Positions 8,401-17,524 of a stretch of DNA of 59,034 nt are shown piece after piece (the first letter of the stretch is position 1; each line of letters begins with the position of its first letter). A program made the position numbers and the translations under genes. The notes beneath the pieces were generated by a model that worked only from the letters and a program-made list of their open reading frames with translations, did no database searches and was not told the DNA's origin. The DNA is from Nitrospirota bacterium (GTDB lineage: Bacteria > JACPQY01), in assembly GCA_016180645.1 (NCBI GenBank), contig JACPAV010000018.1, positions 62,001-121,034 on the forward strand, given 5' to 3'.

Positions 8401-10161
8401 TCAAGGAGCGCGCGGTCCCGGCTCTGGACGATGAATCATTTCCCAGTTCGCCTGCCCGGGGGCGTAGGTGGGATCGAGTTCAATCGCCCAGCGGATTCGG
8501 TTTTCCGCCTCCTTCGTCCGACCCTGGTGAAAATAGAGGAGCCCCAGATTGTTGTGGGCCTGCACGTAGGCAGGGTTGATTTCAAGGACCCGCAGGTATT
8601 CCCTCTCGGCAGCCTCCACGTCGCCTTCCAGGTGGAGGAGTCGCCCGAAATTGTAGTGGCCGTCGGCGAACGCAGGTTCGATTTGAATCGCGATCTCGTA
8701 GTGGCTACGCGACTTCGCCCGGTCGAAATGAGCCGAAGACGGATTCTCATGGATCCGCGCGAGATTCATGTGGGCGATGTAGTCGTTTGGATTGAAGGCA
8801 ATCAGCCTCTCGTAGAGATCGAAGGCGTCGTCCACCTTCCCCCTGACCTGAAGGAGAACGGCGAAATTGTTGAGAGCGCGGGGACTGTCCGGGTAGGTTT
8901 TGAGGACATCCTTCCACACTTCGGCGGGATCGTTGATCATTCGGTTGCGCTGGACCGTCACCATCGAGAAAGCCGCGAGAGGCAGAATCATAGCCACGCG
9001 AAAAACATGCCTTGTGGGTCCGGAATTCCGTAATACCTTTGATATCAAAAGGGCGCTGAGAGAAAAGACCGCCATGCCCGCCGGATACAGGCGCCGTTCG
9101 ACCAGGGCATCGACTGTCGGGAAGAAGGAACTCGTCGGCGCCAAAAGCGCGAAGAACAGGATACCGAAAAAGAGGGCGCATCGACCAACCGGGGTTCCGG
9201 TTCGGTCCCACCGCCACAAGGCCGCTCCGATCCCCGCGAGCGTGAGCACCCCAAGAATCTTGTCATCTACGGTCAGGGTGGACGGCTGAATGAAGTGATC
9301 GATCGCCAGGCCTGTGGGTACGAAAAGCATGCGAATGTACTGAACGATGGCGAAGGGCTGGACCGACGTGTAGGCCCATCGCGACCAGGCGTTCTTGCCG
9401 CCGACCAAGTCGCCGATCCCGCCGAAGTATGCCCACCTTCCCAAGACATATAGGGCGGCAATGGCGAAATACGGCAGCCACCTCCTCAATCTGCTTCTTT
9501 CCCGTCCACTCTCATGGTCCACACCGACCAAGATATCCTGAGCCAACAACACAAACGGAATGACCACGGCTGATTCCTTGGTCAACAGGACGAGAACGAA
9601 ACAGAACGGAGCGAGGCGACTCCCGAATGAACCCGGAGAGTGCGCACGAGCATAGAGGACCAGCGTGAGCACGATGAGAAATGCGGAAAGCGTGTCCGAT
9701 CGGCCGTAGGCATACATCACCGTCCCAAACATCACGGGATGGCAGAGGAAATACGCCGCTGGAAAGGCGGCGAGTATTCGCCCGCCGTCCAATCCCATCC
9801 GCGAAAAAATGACCTGCAGATAGAGAAAGACGAGAAACGCCGTGCCCACGTGCGCCAGAACGTCGAACAGGTGATACCCAAGCGGGTCGAGCTTTCCGAT
9901 GCGGTAGTTGAGCGCGTAGGTGAGGGAGACGAGTGGCCGTGATGGATCGTTCCTCGTGTAGACCGGATAAGGGCCATAAGGGTAGATCAGTTTCTTCGGA
10001 AGATCTTTCAGGCTCCGGATATCCAGGTTCTCAACGATTCGGATTTGATCGTCGAGGATGAAGGGAGCGCGAAGACCCGGAAAGGCCAGCCCCAACCCGA
10101 GGGCAAGGAAACAGGTTAGAACCATTCCATTCGCCCATCGGGAACGCCAGACCGTACTCAT
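8401..10161 (-). CDS. TMTC-like multipass membrane protein with C-terminal TPRs (putative protein O-glycosyltransferase, GT-C fold)
   Basis: FILDD, RPLVSLTYALNY, YHLFDVLAH, GRSD, KESA, ERRLY, then TPR repeats (RALNN, AHMNLA, GHYNFG, AHNNLG). Confidence 0.8.
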   Translation of the reverse strand: MSTVWRSRWANGMVLTCFLALGLGLAFPGLRAPFILDDQIRIVENLDIRSLKDLPKKLIYPYGPYPVYTRNDPSRPLVSLTYALNYRIGKLDPLGYHLFDVLAHVGTAFLVFLYLQVIFSRMGLDGGRILAAFPAAYFLCHPVMFGTVMYAYGRSDTLSAFLIVLTLVLYARAHSPGSFGSRLAPFCFVLVLLTKESAVVIPFVLLAQDILVGVDHESGRERSRLRRWLPYFAIAALYVLGRWAYFGGIGDLVGGKNAWSRWAYTSVQPFAIVQYIRMLFVPTGLAIDHFIQPSTLTVDDKILGVLTLAGIGAALWRWDRTGTPVGRCALFFGILFFALLAPTSSFFPTVDALVERRLYPAGMAVFSLSALLISKVLRNSGPTRHVFRVAMILPLAAFSMVTVQRNRMINDPAEVWKDVLKTYPDSPRALNNFAVLLQVRGKVDDAFDLYERLIAFNPNDYIAHMNLARIHENPSSAHFDRAKSRSHYEIAIQIEPAFADGHYNFGRLLHLEGDVEAAEREYLRVLEINPAYVQAHNNLGLLYFHQGRTKEAENRIRWAIELDPTYAPGQANWEMIHRPEPGPRAP

Positions 10162-10251
10162 GCGAGGAGCCGGGATCTTACCACGTCGGACACACCACTG
10201 GTCGAAATCGAACCTCTATGGTAAACCATCCCTTGAGAAACGAGGTGCAAG

Positions 10252-10836
10252 ATGGCGATTCAAGACTTCCTGGGGAAAGAAAAGATCGACATGAAGGGAT
10301 TGGCGGCCTACCTGGACGGGTTGGACCACCCCACGAGGCTGCGCGAGGTGAGAACCCTGACGGCGAAGCAACAGGCCGCCCTTTTTGAGGCGGCGAAAGG
10401 GTTTCGTCCGCTGAGCTTGGACGATTTCGTGCCCAAGAACATTCCCCCCCTCAAACCGGTCATCCATCACGGGAAAAATTCGCTCCCCTTCTTCACCCAT
10501 TTCCAGAAGCCCATGTGCCGGCCCGACTCCACAACCACCCCACCCTCATTGTGGGGTTACAACGAGCAACTGCTCAAGCCCGTCACCGGTCCGGGTTACT
10601 TCATGACGAAGCCGGCCGAGGCGGGCGAGGTCGTCATTGACTATCTGTCCGTTCCTTCCGGAAAGCCTTCCGGTTGGCCGGAAATCCTGCCGAATTCAGC
10701 CGGCCTGAGCCGTTTTGTCTACTATCAAACGAGGGACTTCATGCGGGGAGTGAGCAAGCACGTTTCCATCGGGCGAGCCACGCGGAACGGCAAACCGATG
10801 AACAACTGGTTTGTCCTCTGCCGCGAAGACGCCTAG
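10252..10836 (+). CDS. Hypothetical protein
   Basis: 194-aa ORF with GAGGT RBS and globular-protein composition (GKNSLPFFTHFQK...GPGYF...DFMRGVSKHVSIGRA); function not recognised. Confidence 0.75.
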   Translation: MAIQDFLGKEKIDMKGLAAYLDGLDHPTRLREVRTLTAKQQAALFEAAKGFRPLSLDDFVPKNIPPLKPVIHHGKNSLPFFTHFQKPMCRPDSTTTPPSLWGYNEQLLKPVTGPGYFMTKPAEAGEVVIDYLSVPSGKPSGWPEILPNSAGLSRFVYYQTRDFMRGVSKHVSIGRATRNGKPMNNWFVLCREDA

Positions 10837-10845
10837 GGGTTTTAG

Positions 10846-10946
10846 GAGCCTCTAACAGAATGCCGATTCGTAGGGGAGCATCTTCAGTTGCTCCCTCTTG
10901 TCGGGAGGGTCTGAAGACCCTCCCCTACGCATTCTATTGGAGGTTC
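10846..10946. repeat. 101-bp REPIN/MITE-like palindromic element, copy 1 (inverted relative to copies 2 and 3)
   Basis: GAGCCTCTAACAGAATGC...GCATTCTATTGGAGGTTC termini enclose two GTAG-led hairpins; flanked by TAG on both sides. Confidence 0.85.
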
Positions 10947-10994
10947 TAGGAAACCAATTCGCATCCGGAACGTCGGGCGCCCGGCGGTCGAAGT

Positions 10995-13541
10995 CTAGGG
11001 GACGTCCCCTGCCCCCTTTTCCGTTTCCTTCCCCACCTTACCTACACCCATCGATGCTTTGATTCGTCCGACCACGTCGGTCGCGATCTCGCGCACCTCC
11101 ACGGGCACCGTGATTTCTTGTCCAATGTACATCCGGAGTCCGGCCATCAGCGGTTCGAATCGCCCCGCATGCGCGGAGGCCTCAATCCGTCCAAGGACCT
11201 CGCCTGCCAGTCCCCGGGCCGCAAGTTGGATTGCCAAGTCAATCACGTCTTCCACGAATCCCTCCCAATTCGGACTCTGAGCAAGAAGCGCTTCACATGT
11301 GGAGAGCGCATCGGGCAGTCGATTCATGCGCAGATACACTCCGGCCTTTCCGGATGTACAGACTACACGCATCTGTTCGAATGACGATTCTTCACGAGTG
11401 CTACAGAGCACGATTGCATCGTCGTAACGAGCAAGGCTCTCCTCATCGCGACCGATAAACTCCAGCAAAAGCGCCTTCAGCATGAGCGCTTTGATTCTTC
11501 CCTCCACGCTCGCGGCTTCCTCACGCCCCACGAGTTTTTCCACAGCGGCGTCACACATCGCGATGGCCCTCTCGTGCTGTGAATCTCTGCCCAGCGCGAA
11601 GCCTTTCTCGATCAGCACATCGGCGACCCGTTCGGGCGTCGCGAGATCCGGGCTGCGGTCGAAGCGTGAAAGTACATCGTCAAAAATCCCAATCGACTCC
11701 TTGTAACGACCTTGTTCCCGGAGATCCTGACCCTTGCGGAGGAGGGCAATAACAACCGGCTCGGCAAGAGCCAACTCATTGTTCTGGCCGGAGAGTGACA
11801 CGATATCATCATAAACCGCAGCGGCTTCCCGCGGCCGCCCAAGATCACGCAAAGCGTCGCCTTTTCTTACCAGTCCGCTGGCGACTAGATTCATGACCGC
11901 CGTTTCCTGCCGGCCGTCAAGCCGTCGCGCCATTTCATCGATCGCGGCAATTCCTTCTTCCTTGCGACCCAGTCGCACCAGCCCATCACTTCTCATGGCA
12001 TATGCAACGCCCACCAAACGGGCAAACCTCGGGTCGGTCATGTTTCGATAGCGTGAGATGAAGTTGTCCAAATCCGCTACGGCTGTTTCGAAGTTGCCCT
12101 TGACCATGTCCACGACAATTGATGAAAGGGCCGACCGCAGTTCCCGGAGTTCTCTGTCCTGAGATTCCCCGTCACGGAGCAGATCCCCACCTTCGATGGC
12201 TTCGATCAGCGCTCTCGTCTCCGGCCATTCTCGAAATGTGCTATCCGTCGCTGACAAGACTTCCATCCCAACCACGGGTTCCGTGGCAAAACGTTTGCGG
12301 AGATAGTGCCAAGCTTCAAGGTAAATCGGTCTATCCTCCGTTCTTGCGGCAACCGCTTCCTTCGAAAGAGCCGCCGCGAACTTGACGGGGCCGTAAAAAG
12401 GAACCATGAATTCGACGACCCCGCGCGCGCGTTGGGCCTGCGTGCCGCTCTGCCGCATGAGGAGATAAAGGTTGAACAAGCGTTCGGCCACTTGGTAAAG
12501 CTTCTTCCGACCTTTTTGCCCCATCTCAACCTCCATGACCGCCCCTCTCTGGACCAGACGTCCCATGATCTGGCTGCACTTGTTCACGTTTTCGCGGGCC
12601 AACCGTGCCGCTTCCCGGGCGCCGGCCGGCTTCCAGAGTTCCGCAAGAGTCACAAAAACCCGGCGTTCCAAGGGGGACAGACCTTCGATACATGCCTTGA
12701 AGTACGTCGTGTGGTCGTCGATCAACTCGTCCAATTCGCCGAGAATCTCCCGAAACGGACGCCCGACTGAAAATGAAGCCAAAATTGCCACAAGCCTGGG
12801 GTTTCCACCGGTCAATATTTGGACGGCTCTCGCTCGCTCGCCCTCCAACTCCGATTTCACAACGTTCTCCCACATCGATTTGCATTCAGCCTGGGTCAAA
12901 CGTTCAAGCTTGATCTCACGGAAAAGTTCGTACATGGACTTCTTCGCTTTCTCCACCTCATCAAAACGTTGCGTGGCGGTGGCCACCATCATGATTCGGG
13001 AATCCCCCAGCATCGTCTTCCGAATGTCCCATCCCGCGTCGTCGCTCGCCTGCTCGTCGAACAGCAGGTTGAAGTTTTCCACCGCGATCAGGAGGCGTTT
13101 CCCCTCCTCGTCAGCCAATTCAAAAAGCCGGGCCAATACCTGTTCACGGAGACGCTCGGGGTCCTGCTCTATCCGCAGCTTCTCGTGGGCGGCTCTCCAC
13201 CGTTCAGGATTTCTCACGCCGCAGTCCGGCACGATCCGCAGGGCCTCGAGCCACAACTCCCCGGCCGTGGAGATGCTGTATGCCTCCTCGGGTAGGACGA
13301 TCGGAAGCCACCGATTGCCGAGTCCCACCGTCTCTCGAATCGCCAGGGCCAATCGCCTCACGAGCATGCTTTTCCCGTAACCCCTCGGGCCTATCACAAG
13401 GACGTGCTGATTGGCCTGACCGGTGTTTTCCCTCACGATCCGGATGAGACTCTCCAATTCAGCCAATCGCACCGTGAAGGAGGCGCGCAGTTCCTCCGGT
13501 GTGAGAAATGCCGGATTATGCTTGATGATCCGGGCGGGCAT
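10995..13541 (-). CDS. STAND-like P-loop NTPase with winged-helix region and C-terminal TPRs
   Basis: KHNPAFL...VIGPRGYGKS (Walker A), LLIAVENF (Walker B), LTGGNPR, wHTH-like region (EAARLA...MGRLVQRGAV), TPR-like repeats. Start ATG 13541, 2 bp after the partner's stop. Confidence 0.8.
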   Translation of the reverse strand: MPARIIKHNPAFLTPEELRASFTVRLAELESLIRIVRENTGQANQHVLVIGPRGYGKSMLVRRLALAIRETVGLGNRWLPIVLPEEAYSISTAGELWLEALRIVPDCGVRNPERWRAAHEKLRIEQDPERLREQVLARLFELADEEGKRLLIAVENFNLLFDEQASDDAGWDIRKTMLGDSRIMMVATATQRFDEVEKAKKSMYELFREIKLERLTQAECKSMWENVVKSELEGERARAVQILTGGNPRLVAILASFSVGRPFREILGELDELIDDHTTYFKACIEGLSPLERRVFVTLAELWKPAGAREAARLARENVNKCSQIMGRLVQRGAVMEVEMGQKGRKKLYQVAERLFNLYLLMRQSGTQAQRARGVVEFMVPFYGPVKFAAALSKEAVAARTEDRPIYLEAWHYLRKRFATEPVVGMEVLSATDSTFREWPETRALIEAIEGGDLLRDGESQDRELRELRSALSSIVVDMVKGNFETAVADLDNFISRYRNMTDPRFARLVGVAYAMRSDGLVRLGRKEEGIAAIDEMARRLDGRQETAVMNLVASGLVRKGDALRDLGRPREAAAVYDDIVSLSGQNNELALAEPVVIALLRKGQDLREQGRYKESIGIFDDVLSRFDRSPDLATPERVADVLIEKGFALGRDSQHERAIAMCDAAVEKLVGREEAASVEGRIKALMLKALLLEFIGRDEESLARYDDAIVLCSTREESSFEQMRVVCTSGKAGVYLRMNRLPDALSTCEALLAQSPNWEGFVEDVIDLAIQLAARGLAGEVLGRIEASAHAGRFEPLMAGLRMYIGQEITVPVEVREIATDVVGRIKASMGVGKVGKETEKGAGDVP

Positions 13542-13543
13542 GG

Positions 13544-14797
13544 CTATCGATCCGATCCAGAGGGTGGGACGTGTCCTTGTTTGAAACGCCTCTCCCACCA
13601 ATCCCGCAGCAGTAGCGATTGAAAGACGTGGCCGTTTTTCTTCTCGTCAAACCGGAGATAGCCGTCGTGTTCGAGCACTCGGAGGACGTTGCCCAATTCT
13701 TCGCCGGGGTTTGCGCCTTTGGGGAGCGCGCGGCGGGCCAGCGCCTGCGCCATCGCGCCGTCAACCACCCCGTTGACCGCCGCTTCAGTCAGCAGGTCGG
13801 GCGCAAGTGGGACGTGTGCGGACCCGAGCACCCGCAAGAGTCGTTCTTCGTAGTCGGCCAACTCGGCGTGGCCCCTCGTTCCGAGCATCTGCTCCGTGTA
13901 GACCCGCTCAACATCCCGCACGGTGGCCGTTTTCGATCCCCTCCGTTCACAATCGTCGTGGACATGCCCGAAGTACATCTGTACATGGTGGGGCACGAGC
14001 CAACCCAGCCGATTAAGCATTGCCTCCCTCACCCCTTGAGGGATGGCAAGACCATACGAGCGGGCCAGCGCCTCCAGACAGCCATCCGCAACCTCGCGCG
14101 ACCAAACAGGAAGGTCGAATGACCTCAGATGCCCAATCGTGTGGCTCAGTTTCACTCGATGGAGGACCGGCTCAAGACCAATCGATCCGCACAGGACAAC
14201 GCGGACGTGCCCCTTGTGCTCCTGACACATCTTCCTCAGCCAAGACAAGAATACGCCCGCCTTTTGTATCCCGTCGGTCGTCGCATCTTGTGCCCCACCC
14301 CGCAGGAGGCGGTCCACCATGATGGGCAGTTCATCAAAACATGCTACGACCGGTTTCTCCGCCTCCGCGAGCGCGGCGAACAGACGCTCCCCCTTGACCT
14401 GCCAGGCTTCAGCGGTGCCTTCCCGGATTTTCAACTTCACAACATCGATCGACACTTCATCGACCTTGTCGCGGATGCCCTCGACTACGGTCTTGAAAAC
14501 ATCCAGCGTCAGCTTCCAGAGGTTCTTGTAAGGCTGGGTGGCCATCGAGAGGGCGACGATGACATCTTCCGGCGAGGAACAATCCTCGACGTCCACGAAC
14601 AGCAGAATATCCCTGTCTCTCGTTCTCAACCGGCGTATCATCTCTCGGAGCAGACTGGTTTTTCCCACTCGCCGAGGAGCAACGACCAGGATATTCTCCC
14701 CTCCGTCTATCAGTTCAGTGAGCCGCTCGATTTCATGGTCCCGATCCCAGAAGTCATCGCCGTCCACCCAAACTCCGACCTTGTTTCTGAGTTCCAT
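13544..14797 (-). CDS. AAA+/archaeal-ATPase-like P-loop NTPase
   Basis: V.GDDFWDRDHEI, VVAPRRVGKTS (Walker A), ACFDEL (Walker B), CGSIGL, LEHDGYL, LLRDWW; GGAGG RBS before ATG 14797. Confidence 0.85.
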   Translation of the reverse strand: MELRNKVGVWVDGDDFWDRDHEIERLTELIDGGENILVVAPRRVGKTSLLREMIRRLRTRDRDILLFVDVEDCSSPEDVIVALSMATQPYKNLWKLTLDVFKTVVEGIRDKVDEVSIDVVKLKIREGTAEAWQVKGERLFAALAEAEKPVVACFDELPIMVDRLLRGGAQDATTDGIQKAGVFLSWLRKMCQEHKGHVRVVLCGSIGLEPVLHRVKLSHTIGHLRSFDLPVWSREVADGCLEALARSYGLAIPQGVREAMLNRLGWLVPHHVQMYFGHVHDDCERRGSKTATVRDVERVYTEQMLGTRGHAELADYEERLLRVLGSAHVPLAPDLLTEAAVNGVVDGAMAQALARRALPKGANPGEELGNVLRVLEHDGYLRFDEKKNGHVFQSLLLRDWWERRFKQGHVPPSGSDR

Positions 14798-14847
14798 CGA
14801 TGTTGCCTCCATACATATATCACAACACTACCGTTGCCAACAGTATT

Positions 14848-14876
14848 GTTGTAATAAGTATTTACATTCTTGTCAA
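14848..14876 (-). promoter_or_regulatory. Sigma-70-type promoter in the AT-rich leader of the ATPase pair
   Basis: Minus strand TTGACA-17 nt-TACAAC in a markedly AT-rich stretch. Confidence 0.5.
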
Positions 14877-14917
14877 GTAATTTCAGGTAATTAGTTGGCT
14901 ACGACGAACTCTATTTA

Positions 14918-15018
14918 GAGCGTCTAACAGAATGCGTAGGGGAGGGTCTTCAGACCCTCCCGACAGGAGGGAGCATCTGAAGATGCTCCCCTACGAATCG
15001 GCATTCTGTTAGACGCAT
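14918..15018. repeat. 101-bp REPIN/MITE-like element, copy 2
   Basis: GAGCGTCTAACAGAATGCGTAGGGGAGGGTCTTCAGACCCTCCC...GGGAGCATCTGAAGATGCTCCCCTACGAATCGGCATTCTGTTAGACGC; reverse complement of copy 1. Confidence 0.85.
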
Positions 15019-15114
15019 GGGGAGACTGTCAGGATCCAGTTCTCCGACGCCGTTTTCCCTACTCGACGGGGGCCGGGAGGACCCTGACGATGGTCCCAGA
15101 ATCGGTCGGAGGGT

Positions 15115-15933
15115 CTACTTCGAGACCAGAAACTTCGAGAACGGAGGGGGATTCGTGCCGGGAACGACGGCGTACTTCGAGTAGTCCGTGATGCCGATTT
15201 CCTTGAGGACGTCCTCATCCATGACCGCGCGGCCGGTGTATTCCGACGGCTTCCGGGTGACGATGGCCAAGGTGGCATCGCACATGATCTCCGGTGTTCG
15301 CCACGTTTCTTCCTGGCCCGGCCAGAAATGCTTGGTCGCCTGCGACTCGATCGCCGTAACGGGCCAGAGCGCATTGACCGCAATGTTGTGCTCCCGCATT
15401 TCCTCCGAGAGGGACTGCGCGATGAAGGTCATGCCAAGCTTCGAGAACATGTAGGCCGTTTTTCCGGGCGCGCGGTCCACCACCATCGGAGGCGACATCA
15501 TGATGATGTGGCCATACTTGCGCTCGATCATCCGTGGAAGCACGGCTCGGCTGCACAGATACGCCGCGCGGGCATTCACGCCCAGAACCAGGTCGAATTT
15601 CTTCGCGGGCGTGCTTAGAACATCCGTCAGCGAAATGGCGCCGGCGTTATTGATGAGAATGTCGATCCGGCCGAACTTCTCATAGGTACGGCGGACCATG
15701 TCGTCGATCTGTTCCTCGTGGCGTACATCGAGCTTGACGGCCAAGGCACGCCTCCCGAGGAACTGGATCTCCTTGGCCGTTTCATGAATGGTACCCGGTA
15801 GCCGGCCATCGGGCTGATCGGTTTTCCCGGTCACCACCACATCGGCCCCTTCCTTCGCAAAGGCCAGCGCCAGCGCCTTTCCGATGCCCCGGCTCGCGCC
15901 GGTGATGATCGCCACTTGGTCCTTGAGTCGCAT
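15115..15933 (-). CDS. SDR family oxidoreductase (HSDL2/AtuG-like)
   Basis: TGASRGIG, LPGTI, INNAG, YMFSK (YxxxK), NALWP.T.I, RTPEIM.DA. Confidence 0.9.
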   Translation of the reverse strand: MRLKDQVAIITGASRGIGKALALAFAKEGADVVVTGKTDQPDGRLPGTIHETAKEIQFLGRRALAVKLDVRHEEQIDDMVRRTYEKFGRIDILINNAGAISLTDVLSTPAKKFDLVLGVNARAAYLCSRAVLPRMIERKYGHIIMMSPPMVVDRAPGKTAYMFSKLGMTFIAQSLSEEMREHNIAVNALWPVTAIESQATKHFWPGQEETWRTPEIMCDATLAIVTRKPSEYTGRAVMDEDVLKEIGITDYSKYAVVPGTNPPPFSKFLVSK

Positions 15934-16022
15934 GGTCCCGGATGCTATGCATCCCGTGTGCCCGCGTCAAGAACAAAATCCGACTCGTTCCCTTCCCGGC
16001 CAATCGCGGTATACTCCCAACG

Positions 16023-16454
16023 ATGAAAGTCGGCGAGGTCCGAAGGGTGCAGGCGACGACCGCCACGCCGAGCGTGAAGGCGCGGGTGGAAGAAGCGGGT
16101 AGTGGCTCCTCCTTTTCCAATGTTTTCGATCAGGCCCAGGACCAGCAACTTCGCGAGGAGCTCCAGAAGAAGATGAAGGAGATCGATTCGGCGGCGGACG
16201 GCCTCCGCAAGGACATCAATGCCGATTCGCTGTGGGACTACCGAAGCCGCGTGAAAGAATTCGTCGAGATCATTTCCACCCGCCTCTACCACGTCCGCGG
16301 CAGGGGCGTGCTCCAAACGATGAAAGTCATCGATACGGTCAATGCCGAACTGGAGGAACTCACCCGGATCGCGATGGAAGGGCAGAAGAACATCCTGCGT
16401 GTCGTGCAAAAAATAGAGGAAATTCGCGGCCTCCTTCTTGATCTCTACTCGTGA
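16023..16454 (+). CDS. yaaR: YaaR (DUF327) family protein
   Basis: Helical protein with YRSRVKEFV and EEIRGLLLDLY, immediately upstream of holB as in the yaaR-holB arrangement. Confidence 0.75.
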   Translation: MKVGEVRRVQATTATPSVKARVEEAGSGSSFSNVFDQAQDQQLREELQKKMKEIDSAADGLRKDINADSLWDYRSRVKEFVEIISTRLYHVRGRGVLQTMKVIDTVNAELEELTRIAMEGQKNILRVVQKIEEIRGLLLDLYS

Positions 16455-16455
16455 C

Positions 16456-17487
16456 ATGAGCTTCGCCGACATTCACGGCCAGGATCGGGCGATCGGCCGG
16501 CTGCGTGGTTTCCTTCAAACCGACGTCGTTCCACAAGCCCTGCTTTTCGTCGGGCCCGAAGGGACCGGGAAAGCCAAAGCGGCCCTCACGTTCGCCAGAG
16601 CCCTGAATTGTGGGCGGACCGACCGACAAAATGAACGAATGCAAGACTTGACACCATTTCAGAGGCGAATCGAGCCCTGTGGGTCCGGTGAGGAGGCGTG
16701 CACCTCCTGCCGATTGATCGCCGCCTCCACGCACCCGGACGTCCTGGCGGTTGGTCCGGATGAGAGCCGATTGAAAGTCGATCAGGTCCGGGAGGCCCTC
16801 GAAATGATCCGCCTCCGGCGTCTCTCCGCCCGAAGGCGAGTGGTCATCTTTCTCGACGCGCACACACTCATGCTCCAGGCCGCCAACGCGCTGCTGAAAA
16901 CCCTCGAAGAACCGCCGGAGGCCACTTCGCTCATCCTGGTTGCCCAAGGAACGCGGGGGATTCCTCTCACCGTCCTCTCCCGTTGCTGGCCCGTGCGGTT
17001 CTCCCCATTGCGAGAAGGTACTTTGAAATCCACCGTCGATTTCTCCGGACTTTCCCCCGAGCATGCCGAACGAGTCGCGGCCTACGGCCACGGCATTCCC
17101 GGCAAGGCGGCCCGGTACGTCGCGTGGTTCAAGTCCGGCGAGGCGATGAAGTTCCTCAGCGCATATTGGTCAGGGGTTCGCGAGGGCGGCGGCTCGGCCC
17201 TCTCCTTTTCGGAAAAGTACGGGCGGGACAAGGAGGATTTCGCCTCTCGCTTGGATCTGCTGGCGGACGCGCTCAATGCGGGTCTCGTGAGAAGCCTGTC
17301 CCCCGCCGAGAAGTCGCCCTATCCTCCGAAGGTCTGGCTGGGTCTTGTCGAGAGCGTGCTCCACGCGAAACGATTTCTGGATGTCAACGCCAATCGGAGA
17401 CTGATGCTCGAAGGGCTGATCTACGAAGCGCGCAATGTCGCAGGCGTAAAGCCTGCGCCTACAACTTCCAGCCCGGGGCCCCGGTAG
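16456..17487 (+). CDS. holB: DNA polymerase III subunit delta'
   Basis: FADIHGQ, ALLFVGPEGTGK, zinc module C...PCG...CTSC, HPDV, AANALLKTLEEPP, TVLSRC. Confidence 0.9.
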   Translation: MSFADIHGQDRAIGRLRGFLQTDVVPQALLFVGPEGTGKAKAALTFARALNCGRTDRQNERMQDLTPFQRRIEPCGSGEEACTSCRLIAASTHPDVLAVGPDESRLKVDQVREALEMIRLRRLSARRRVVIFLDAHTLMLQAANALLKTLEEPPEATSLILVAQGTRGIPLTVLSRCWPVRFSPLREGTLKSTVDFSGLSPEHAERVAAYGHGIPGKAARYVAWFKSGEAMKFLSAYWSGVREGGGSALSFSEKYGRDKEDFASRLDLLADALNAGLVRSLSPAEKSPYPPKVWLGLVESVLHAKRFLDVNANRRLMLEGLIYEARNVAGVKPAPTTSSPGPR

Positions 17488-17524
17488 CCGCGGTCTTCAG
17501 CCCGCGCATCCAACAGGCACGACC

